Below, piece by piece: positions 18,253 through 26,218 of a DNA stretch of 64,000 nucleotides. Below the pieces are notes generated by a model that was not told the DNA's origin, ran no database searches, and saw only the letters and a list, made by a program, of their open reading frames with translations. The stretch is from Alphaproteobacteria bacterium. Its GTDB lineage: Bacteria > Pseudomonadota > Alphaproteobacteria > UBA7887. Each line of letters opens with the position of its first letter. The stretch's first letter is position 1. The DNA is taken from NCBI GenBank assembly GCA_965216755.1, contig CBDCGL010000011.1, positions 2,144,001 to 2,208,000 of the forward strand, given 5' to 3'. Both the position numbers and the translations under genes were made by a program.

Positions 18253-19077
18253 ATGGCAATTTCCAATTCGATTAACACCAATGTCGGCGCCCTCGTCGCG
18301 CTCCGCAATCTCGGCAGCACCAACACGGCGTTGGCCGCGACCCAGGACCGCGTGTCGACCGGCTTTAAGGTCATCGGTGCCAAAGACAACGCCTCGTCCT
18401 TCGCGATTGCCCAAGGTATTCGCGCTGAGGTCAAGGCAGTGGCGGCGGTGCGGCAAGGTCTGGCCAATGGTCAGGGTGTTGCCACTGTCGGTATTACTGG
18501 TGCAACCGCCGTGTCCGATCTGTTGCAGGACATCAAGGGCAAAATCATTGAGGGCTTAAACCCAGGTAACACCACCGAGCAACAAGCCATTCTCAATGCT
18601 GACTATTCTGAGCTCGTCGGCCAGGTTCTGAACTTCATTCAGAACGCTGAATTTAACGGCCGTAACATTCTTGAATCGGGCGGTTCCGCGGTGAACGTGA
18701 TCGCCGATACGTCTGGTGGCGCGTTGACGGTTCGCGCACAGGATCTGGAAGCAAATGCTTACAGCCTGCTCAACGCCCAGAATTTGGCTTCGACCACGGC
18801 CGCGTCGGCCGCTCTGACGGCGGTCAATTCGGTCATCGCAGTCGTCAACACGGCGCTCGGCCAGCTTGGTGCCGACAGCCGCGCGCTTGAGTTCCAGGAC
18901 AACTTCTTGGGATCGATTTCCGACGCCATTGAAGAAGGTCTCGGCGCCATCGTCGACGCCGACCTGGCCAAAGAATCGGCGCGGTTGCAGTCACTGCAGG
19001 TTAAGCAGCAGCTCGCCGTGCAGACATTGAGCATCGCCAACGGCGCGCCGCAGGTGCTGTTGTCGCTGTTCAGATAG
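18253..19077 (+). CDS. Flagellin 1 (short, Caulobacter Flj-type, 274 aa)
   Basis: SINTNVGALVAL, RVSTG..V.GAKDNAS, VDADLAKESARLQSLQVKQQL. Confidence 0.95.
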   Translation: MAISNSINTNVGALVALRNLGSTNTALAATQDRVSTGFKVIGAKDNASSFAIAQGIRAEVKAVAAVRQGLANGQGVATVGITGATAVSDLLQDIKGKIIEGLNPGNTTEQQAILNADYSELVGQVLNFIQNAEFNGRNILESGGSAVNVIADTSGGALTVRAQDLEANAYSLLNAQNLASTTAASAALTAVNSVIAVVNTALGQLGADSRALEFQDNFLGSISDAIEEGLGAIVDADLAKESARLQSLQVKQQLAVQTLSIANGAPQVLLSLFR

Positions 19078-19085
19078 GCGAACGG

Positions 19086-19118
19086 AATAGTGGGGCCGGC
19101 ATTGTCCGGCCCCCTATT
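19086..19118 (+). terminator. Stem-loop after flagellin 1 (terminator or mRNA stabiliser)
   Basis: GGGGCCGG-cattgt-CCGGCCCC extended by AATAG/CTATT; no U tract. Confidence 0.6.
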
Positions 19119-19136
19119 GCGCCTAACTAATTAGAC

Positions 19137-19553
19137 ATGTCCCTGAAGCTGACGTTGAAGCCGGGTGAACGTGTCGTCGTCAACGGCGCAGTGCTGACCA
19201 ACGGCGCCTCCAAGATCACCATCGGCATCGAAAACCAAGCCACGATCCTGCGCCATAAGGATCTGATGCAGCCGGAGGAAGCGAATACGCCGGCCAAGCG
19301 TATCTATTTTCAGGTCCAATTGGCCTATCTCGACCCTGACAATCGTGACGAATATTTACGCAGCACTAACCAATTGGTGAGAGATTTCGTAGGTGCGGTA
19401 CCGACAGCCGAAGTCACGGAAATGCTTGAACCGTTGGGCCAGGAAATCGCCAGCGGAAAATATTTCCAGGCGCTCAAACGGTGCAAGAAACTCATGGCGT
19501 TCGAAGAAACGAGACTGAACTATGGCCGCGAATCCTTATGCGAATGCAATTGA
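19137..19553 (+). CDS. flbT: Flagellin regulator FlbT
   Basis: LKLTLKPGERVVVNGAVLTNG, EEANTPAKRIYF, YFQALK. Confidence 0.92.
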   Translation: MSLKLTLKPGERVVVNGAVLTNGASKITIGIENQATILRHKDLMQPEEANTPAKRIYFQVQLAYLDPDNRDEYLRSTNQLVRDFVGAVPTAEVTEMLEPLGQEIASGKYFQALKRCKKLMAFEETRLNYGRESLCECN

Positions 19554-19860
19554 GACGACGGAATCGCCGCGTGAGCGGGAGTACCGTCTGCTCGCCCGTG
19601 CGAACCGGATGATGAGTGAAACCGAGGGCAAAGACGACCTTGGCGCCCTTTATCGCGCGGTCTTGTTCAACCGGCAGATTTGGAACACATTCCTGATCGA
19701 CCTGACCGACCCGAACAATCAGCTTCCAAAAGAACTCAAGGGCGCCTTGATTTCGATTGGCATTTGGGTCGAAAAGTTCTCAGACAAGGTCTGCGACGGC
19801 GATGAAAGCGTCGCCGATCTCATCGAGGTCAATCGATCGATCATGGAAGGCTTGGCCTGA
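19522..19860 (+). CDS. flaF: Flagellin regulator FlaF
   Basis: SPREREY, FNRQIW..DL..P.NQLPKELKGALISIG, LIEVNRSIMEGL. Confidence 0.92.
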   Translation: MAANPYANAIETTESPREREYRLLARANRMMSETEGKDDLGALYRAVLFNRQIWNTFLIDLTDPNNQLPKELKGALISIGIWVEKFSDKVCDGDESVADLIEVNRSIMEGLA

Positions 19861-19889
19861 TCACACAACGCCCCACTTAGGACAATCAG

Positions 19890-19921
19890 ACGGCGCGGCA
19901 TTCCCGCGCCGTTTTGCGTTT
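19890..19921 (+). terminator. Rho-independent terminator after flaF
   Basis: ACGGCGCGG-cattc-CCGCGCCGT followed by TTTGCGTTT. Confidence 0.7.
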
Positions 19922-19938
19922 CTGAGCATAGGCATGGC

Positions 19939-20050
19939 GGCAAGACTTGCCCGGTTGGACAGGCTCGGGCTCAGCAAAAGCCGACGAAGACCACCATTCT
20001 TTATGTAAATCAATAGGTTAGAAAACCCCAGGAATGGCACACCACTTGCT
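19939..20050 (+). promoter_or_regulatory. Complete FlbD/IHF/sigma54 promoter of flagellin 2
   Basis: ftr dyad GGCAAG-A-CTTGCC (19939-19951), IHF consensus AATCAA-TAGG-TTA (20008-20020), TGGCAC-ACCAC-TTGCT (20035-20050). Confidence 0.8.
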
Positions 20051-20091
20051 AGCCATCTGCGCCGAAACAGTTATTGGCAAGGAGGTCGGCA

Positions 20092-20919
20092 ATGGCCATC
20101 CAGAATTCCATCAATACCAATGTCGGCGCGCTGGTTGCGCTGAGAAATCTCAACAAGATCAATACGGACCTCGGCAAGACCCAGGACCGGGTTTCGACCG
20201 GCCTGAAAGTGGTCGGCGCCAAGGACAACGCGTCGTCGTTCGCGATCGCCCAGGGCATTCGCGCCGACGTCAAGGCGCTCGCTGCGGTGAAACAGGGTTT
20301 GGCCAATGGCCGCGGCGTGGCATCGGTCGCCTTGGCGGCCACGACGGACATCTCGAAAATCCTGTCCGATGTGAAAACCAAGATCATCGAAGGGCTCAAT
20401 CCCGGCAACACGACCGAGCAACAGGCAATTCTAAATGCCGACTATGCCGAACTCGTTGGTCAGATCTTGAACTTCATTCAAAAGGCTGAATTCAACGGTC
20501 GCAACATCCTCGAGTCCGGTAGCACCAACGTGAATGTCATATCCGATATCGATGGTGGCGCCTTGACCCTGCGCGCACGCAATTTGGAAGGCACCGCATA
20601 CAGCCTGCTGAACGCGCAAAGCCTGGCCACAACCGCGGCGGCGTCCGCGGCGCTGACGGCCGTCAATTCGGTCATGGCGACAGTCAACACCGCGCTTGGC
20701 CAACTGGGCGCCGATGCGCGCGCGCTCGAGTTTCAGGATTCGTTTCTCGGCTCGATTCTGGATGCCACGGAAGAGGGCTTGGGTGCCATCGTTGACGCCG
20801 ATCTGGCCCGTGAGTCGGCCAAGTTGCAGGCGCAGCAGGTCAAGCAACAACTCGCCGTGCAGTCACTCAGCATCGCCAATTCGGCGCCGCAAGTGCTGCT
20901 TTCGTTGTTCAACCGATAG
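20092..20919 (+). CDS. Flagellin 2 (close paralog of flagellin 1)
   Basis: Same flagellin motifs; ATG 20092 preceded by AGGAGG. Confidence 0.95.
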   Translation: MAIQNSINTNVGALVALRNLNKINTDLGKTQDRVSTGLKVVGAKDNASSFAIAQGIRADVKALAAVKQGLANGRGVASVALAATTDISKILSDVKTKIIEGLNPGNTTEQQAILNADYAELVGQILNFIQKAEFNGRNILESGSTNVNVISDIDGGALTLRARNLEGTAYSLLNAQSLATTAAASAALTAVNSVMATVNTALGQLGADARALEFQDSFLGSILDATEEGLGAIVDADLARESAKLQAQQVKQQLAVQSLSIANSAPQVLLSLFNR

Positions 20920-22762
20920 CCGAGCTGACTTGACCCCGGTCGATCCGCGTCCGGCCTTCATCGCCAAATCGCTGTTTCAGCCGCGCCGCCACCGACGCGA
21001 TGACCGGGGTCCAATCGCCTGCCGTCTGCTGACGGAACAAGTCCATGCGCGGATACCACAAGGTATCGGCGCGATCGCATTGCCAGCGCCAATCTGGCAC
21101 CGCCGGAACCATCGTCCACGCCGGACATCCCAAGGCGCCGGCCAGATGAACCGCCGTGTTGGACGTGGATATGACCAAGTCCAGCGCCGCGATCTGCGCC
21201 GCGAAGCGATCCAAATCGCGCAATTGGTCGACCGTTTCGTCAGCATAAATCGACCGCCCAAAGCGGCGCCCCACCATCGCCAGATCCGCGGTGCAATCGC
21301 CATATTGCAGATTGATGAACTGGGCGGGACAAGCATCCAATATGGGTCCCCAGTCTGCCAACTCCGAGGATTTCTGCGCTTTGAAGTGTAGATCCGCCAG
21401 CAGCTGCCGCTTGCTCTGACTGCGCCAGGCGATTCCGATCAATGGCCCCTGGCCACGGGCTGCATAGCGTTCGCGCAAGGTCGCCACCTGCGCGGCATCG
21501 GCCCGCAGGTACGGTGTCGGTTGTCGGAACCGCGTGGAATCGCGACGGAGCCAGCGCGCCAAGGATCCGATCGCGCAGTGAAAATTAATGCCCTCGGTTT
21601 GAAGCGCCGATTGCGGCGGGTCGGTGCGCGCATGAACGGTGACAGACGCAAACGACCGCCGAAAAAGAGGAACCAAGCGGGGGTCACATTCGACGATCAC
21701 CTGGCGCGCTTCGGCAGCGAGATCCGGCAAGAGAGAGGCCAGCATCACCTCATCGCCGGCACCCTGTTCACCCCAAACCAAGATCGTCCGTTCTGCAAGC
21801 GACTCACCTTGCCAAGTTGGCACCGGCCAATGCCGCCGCCAGGTCTGCGGCTCGCGCCAGCGCCATTCCCACAGATCGAAACCCTCGGCATATTGGCCTG
21901 TCAGAAGCAGCAAACGGGCGAGATTGACGTGGGCAGAAACATTGTCCGGGTCGGCGGCCAGGGCCTGGCGGTAATGGCCGATGGCCGTGTCCAATTGCCC
22001 TGTTTCAGCCAAATCGACCGCCAGATTGTAGTGACCTTCGGCGGCCTTTGGTGCAACCGCGACGGCACGTTGGAACTGCGCAGTGGCGAGCCGCGCTTGC
22101 CCGCGCGTTTTCAAGGCGATGCCGTAGCCGATCAGGGCCCTGGGGTCATCCGGCCGACCGTCCAACGCGCGGCGATAGGCGCTTATGGCATCATCCCAGC
22201 GTCCGGAATCCGCCAAGGCATTGGCGTAATTGATGCGCGCGTCAATGTCGCCTGGGCGAAGTTGTAGCGCGCGCTCCAGAACTTCCAGCGCGTCTTTGGC
22301 GGCACCGACTTGGCGAAAGCTGGCACCAAGGTTTAGGAGCGCCTTTCCATGCTGGGGATCGATCGCCAACGCCTGTTGGAAAGCCGCGATCGCAGCATCG
22401 GATCGATCCAGTGCGCGCAAGGCCAAGCCCCGATTGTTGTGGGCATCCGCGTGATGGGGCGCCAAGTCACAGGCCCGTTCGAAACAGGTCAGTGCCATCT
22501 TGTAGCGCGCACCGGCGCGGTGCACTTCGCCCAAATTGTTGTGGAGATCCGCGACTTGCGGGGCAATCGTGATCGCTTGGCCGATGAGCGCCACGGCGGC
22601 GTCTTGGTTGCCGAGCTGATGGGCCACAACGCCGCTCAAATTCAAGGCATCGACGTGGCCCGGCTGCGCGCGCAAGATCGCCTGATATTGGGCCATGGCT
22701 TCGACCAACCGGCCGGCGCGATGGAGCGCCAAAGCTGCTTTCAGGTCAGCGGAAGCAGGCAC
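20909..22762 (-). CDS. TPR + GT-B glycosyltransferase, FlmG-like (copy 1)
   Basis: Multiple TPRs, then WEWRW, WGEQGAGD, GIAW, LQYG, AALDLVISTSN..HLAGALG, DWRW. Confidence 0.8.
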   Translation of the reverse strand: MPASADLKAALALHRAGRLVEAMAQYQAILRAQPGHVDALNLSGVVAHQLGNQDAAVALIGQAITIAPQVADLHNNLGEVHRAGARYKMALTCFERACDLAPHHADAHNNRGLALRALDRSDAAIAAFQQALAIDPQHGKALLNLGASFRQVGAAKDALEVLERALQLRPGDIDARINYANALADSGRWDDAISAYRRALDGRPDDPRALIGYGIALKTRGQARLATAQFQRAVAVAPKAAEGHYNLAVDLAETGQLDTAIGHYRQALAADPDNVSAHVNLARLLLLTGQYAEGFDLWEWRWREPQTWRRHWPVPTWQGESLAERTILVWGEQGAGDEVMLASLLPDLAAEARQVIVECDPRLVPLFRRSFASVTVHARTDPPQSALQTEGINFHCAIGSLARWLRRDSTRFRQPTPYLRADAAQVATLRERYAARGQGPLIGIAWRSQSKRQLLADLHFKAQKSSELADWGPILDACPAQFINLQYGDCTADLAMVGRRFGRSIYADETVDQLRDLDRFAAQIAALDLVISTSNTAVHLAGALGCPAWTMVPAVPDWRWQCDRADTLWYPRMDLFRQQTAGDWTPVIASVAARLKQRFGDEGRTRIDRGQVSSAIG

Positions 22763-22774
22763 GGCGGTACGACG

Positions 22775-24673
22775 TCATGGGCGCCACGATTCAAGGGCGC
22801 GACCGATTTGCGCAAAAACCGCCGCCCAATCGCCGGGGCTGGGCTGCCGAAAAAGGCGCGCCTCAGGATACCAGCGGCTGGATTCGCGGCCCAAGCCCCA
22901 ACGCCAATCGGGCACGTGTGGCAAGGCGATCCACACCGGCATGCCGAGCGCGCCGGCCAGATGCGCGGTTGTGTTCGAAGTCGTGATCACCAGATCGAGG
23001 GCGGCGATTTGCGCAGCGAAATCGTCGAGACTGTCCAGTTGATCAATCTGTTCATCAACGTGGATCACCGCGCCCCATTGGCGCTGGGCGGCAGCCAGTA
23101 TATCGTCACATGGACCGTATTGCAGATTGACGAACTGACAGTCTGCTTGCTGCAACACCGGTGCCCAAGCATCGAGCGGTGAAGACTTGGTCGCACCAAA
23201 TGACGCATTAGGGCCGGTGCTGCGCCAGGCGATTCCCACCCGTGGTCCCTTGCCCCATGCCTTGTAGCGTTGGCGACAGGAATCGACCTTGTCTGGGTCG
23301 GCCATCAAGTAAGCACTGGAAGATCTGGCGCCAGCGTTCGATTGCCAACGCAACAAATCGCCAGACGGGCATTGATAGTCGATTTTTCCATCCAACAACC
23401 GGCGGTTAGGCCGATCTTGTCGACCGCAGACCCCAGCGTCGGGCCATGACCGCGCGAACAAAGGAACCAGCCGCATATCGCATTCAATGACACAGCGCCG
23501 GGCGCCCGCCACCACCGGCGCCAAGGCTGAGGCGAACATGATCTCTTCGCCAATTCCTTGCTCGCCCCAGACCAGGATCGCCCGACCGTCCAGGTTTTCG
23601 CCATGCCACGGCGTTTGCAAGAACGGCCGGCGCCGCTGGCGCCCCTCGGGCGTCTCCCAACGTGCGGCATAGCCGGCCAACCCTTGCTCAAAGTCGCCCC
23701 TGAGCAACCGGATCATTGCCAAGTTGAGTCGGGTTGGCGCCGATTCAGGCGCCAAATGCCCGGCGGTTTCGGCGCTGGTCAGTGCCTTTTCAACGTCGCC
23801 GCCGTCGGCGAGAACAATAGCGAGGTTGGTGTGCGCGTCGGCACTATCGGGCGCGATTGCTAACACCTCACGAATCGATTTCTCAGCTTCGTCCAACTCA
23901 CCCTGTTGCCGATGAACATGAGCCTTCACAATCAAAGCTGTCACATTCTTCGGCTCGTGCTGCAACACACTTTCGGCATGGCGCAGCGCCTCGTCGCAAC
24001 ATCCGCGTCGAGCAAGCGCGTCTGCCAGCGCGGCCCGCGATGTTGTGGCGTCAGGTTCGATTTCCACCGCCGCACGTAAGTGCGCGATGCCTTCGTCGTA
24101 GCGCCCCATGCGGGTCAATTCGGCACCGAGATTGGCGTGGGCGGCCGCGTAATGTGGGCGTAACTTAAGCGCCTCGCCATAGTGGCGCAGCGCATCCGCA
24201 TCACGGTCGTGCGCTGCAAGAACAACAGCAAGATTGTTGTGTGCCTCGACAAGCTTCGGATCCGTCTTGAGTGCAGCGCGGTAATGTCTCGCCGCCGCGT
24301 CCGGGACGCCCGTCTCGGCCAAAGCCAAGCCAAAATTATTGTGCGCCTCGGCGTGCTCCGGATCTAATTGTAACGCAATACGGTAGTGCTCTATTGCATC
24401 CGCCGTGGCGCCATGACGGGCAAGTGCAATTCCCAAGCGATTGTGGTAATCGGCATTCGCGTTATCGGCTTTCGTGGCCTCTTTCAAATAGCCAATGGCC
24501 GATTCCGCATCGCCGCGCTGCAAATGCAAAACACCGAGTCTATGCACAACGTCATGCATCCTCGGTGAAACCTCGAGAATGGCTCGATACAAAATTTCTG
24601 CTTGCTCAAGATCGCCTGCATCATGAAAGCTTGCGGCCTTGGCGAGTTCTCGTTTCAAGAATGGATTGGTCAA
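22775..24673 (-). CDS. TPR + GT-B glycosyltransferase, FlmG-like (copy 2)
   Basis: TPRs, WGEQGIGE, GIAWRS, QIAALDLVITTSNTTAHLAGALG, DWRW. Confidence 0.8.
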   Translation of the reverse strand: MTNPFLKRELAKAASFHDAGDLEQAEILYRAILEVSPRMHDVVHRLGVLHLQRGDAESAIGYLKEATKADNANADYHNRLGIALARHGATADAIEHYRIALQLDPEHAEAHNNFGLALAETGVPDAAARHYRAALKTDPKLVEAHNNLAVVLAAHDRDADALRHYGEALKLRPHYAAAHANLGAELTRMGRYDEGIAHLRAAVEIEPDATTSRAALADALARRGCCDEALRHAESVLQHEPKNVTALIVKAHVHRQQGELDEAEKSIREVLAIAPDSADAHTNLAIVLADGGDVEKALTSAETAGHLAPESAPTRLNLAMIRLLRGDFEQGLAGYAARWETPEGRQRRRPFLQTPWHGENLDGRAILVWGEQGIGEEIMFASALAPVVAGARRCVIECDMRLVPLFARSWPDAGVCGRQDRPNRRLLDGKIDYQCPSGDLLRWQSNAGARSSSAYLMADPDKVDSCRQRYKAWGKGPRVGIAWRSTGPNASFGATKSSPLDAWAPVLQQADCQFVNLQYGPCDDILAAAQRQWGAVIHVDEQIDQLDSLDDFAAQIAALDLVITTSNTTAHLAGALGMPVWIALPHVPDWRWGLGRESSRWYPEARLFRQPSPGDWAAVFAQIGRALESWRP

Positions 24674-24682
24674 GGCAGATAC

Positions 24683-26218
24683 TCAGGTTGAAAATTGATG
24701 CGCCAACTGTTGCCTAAATTGGATGTGGTCGGTCACGCTGAGTTGGCTGAGATCATGACCGACTTCTGTCAGCAAAGCGCACCACCCTTGATGCGGGGCC
24801 CGACGGTAGAGGTGCATGTGTGGGTACCAGAGCGAACGAGCGCCAGCCATTTGCCAACGCCAGTCGGGAACTGGGGCGAGCAAGGTCCAACATGGCACGC
24901 CGAGCGCACCGGCCATGTGTGCGGTGGTGTTCGAAGTGGTGACCACCAAGTCCATAGCCGCCACCTGGGCGGCGAAATCGCCGAGTGAACGGAGCTGATC
25001 AACGCGCTGGTCATCGATGAGACGCGTCCCGCAAACGCGTTTCGCGGCGGCCAGCTCGGCGCCGCAATCGCCGTATTGTAGATTGACCAGTTTGAGCCGC
25101 TCCTGCGACAGGATCGGCCGCCACGCCGCCAAGGCGGTTGACTTGGCCGCGGCGTGGCGGCGCCGAACGGGTTGTTGGTCGTGAATGCGACTGGCCCACG
25201 AAATACCGATCAATGGCGTATCCGTATTGCCCCGGTAGCGTGCCCGCAATGCGGCAACCCTCTCTGGATCTGCGCAAAGATATGCCTGGCCATTACCAAA
25301 TGCATCGCGATCGCGGCGTAGACGACGGCCCAGAGAACCCATCGGCACGAACGACGTCACCTGGTCCGGCGGCTGACCTGGCACTTTCGCCACGACATTG
25401 AAACTGTCAAACGCCATGCCAAACAATGACCGCAAACGCGGATCGCAAGCAATCGTCCCGTCCACACCTGCCGCCGCCAGATCTTTGATCAGCGTAGCAA
25501 ACATGAGCTGATCACCGACGCCCTGTTCGCCCCAAATTAGCAGCCGCTGCCCGGATTCGGTTACGCCATGCCATGCCGGCAATCCGGATGGCAGGATTTC
25601 CGAATCTGGCTCACGCCAGCGCCATTCATAGGAATCGAATCCAGTCCCAAATTCACCTTTGAGCAGCAATGCGATACCAAGGTTCTTATGTGCCGACGCA
25701 TATTCCGGTTTCACCGCCAGGGCGCGGCGATGGCAATTGATCGCCTCTTCGATCAAGCCGCTTTCGCGCAATGCGACACCGAGGTTATTGTGTGCTTCGG
25801 CTAAATCTGGGGCCTGGCGAAGCGCGCTGCGGTAGGATTCGATCGCCGCCTGGTCTTCTCCGCGCCCAAACAGTGCGGCGCCTAAATTGTTGTGCGCCTC
25901 CGCGTAGGTAGGATCGATGGCCAGCGCAAGACCATAGCAATCGATAGCCATGTCAAATTGGCCCGCGGCGTCATAGGCCATGCCGAGGCGAGATTGATAA
26001 ACAGCGTTGCCGGGTCGATCGCGCGCGGCACGTGCCAATCGTTCCACCGCGCTGTTGACGCGTCCGGCTTGCAAATCGACAACGCCCAAAAGGTGTAGGG
26101 CATCGGCGTCATCGGGGGCGCGCGCCAGGATCGCCCCATAGATCTGCGCCGCGTCATCCAGGGCACCAGCGCGATGAGCGCGCAAGGCCAACGCCATTTT
26201 CGAACCGACATGTCTCAC
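24683..26218 (-). CDS. TPR + GT-B glycosyltransferase, FlmG-like (copy 3)
   Basis: TPRs, WGEQGVGD, same C-terminal motifs; start placed at GTG overlapping the upstream TGA by analogy with the copy 4 N-terminus. Confidence 0.78.
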   Translation of the reverse strand: MRHVGSKMALALRAHRAGALDDAAQIYGAILARAPDDADALHLLGVVDLQAGRVNSAVERLARAARDRPGNAVYQSRLGMAYDAAGQFDMAIDCYGLALAIDPTYAEAHNNLGAALFGRGEDQAAIESYRSALRQAPDLAEAHNNLGVALRESGLIEEAINCHRRALAVKPEYASAHKNLGIALLLKGEFGTGFDSYEWRWREPDSEILPSGLPAWHGVTESGQRLLIWGEQGVGDQLMFATLIKDLAAAGVDGTIACDPRLRSLFGMAFDSFNVVAKVPGQPPDQVTSFVPMGSLGRRLRRDRDAFGNGQAYLCADPERVAALRARYRGNTDTPLIGISWASRIHDQQPVRRRHAAAKSTALAAWRPILSQERLKLVNLQYGDCGAELAAAKRVCGTRLIDDQRVDQLRSLGDFAAQVAAMDLVVTTSNTTAHMAGALGVPCWTLLAPVPDWRWQMAGARSLWYPHMHLYRRAPHQGWCALLTEVGHDLSQLSVTDHIQFRQQLAHQFST

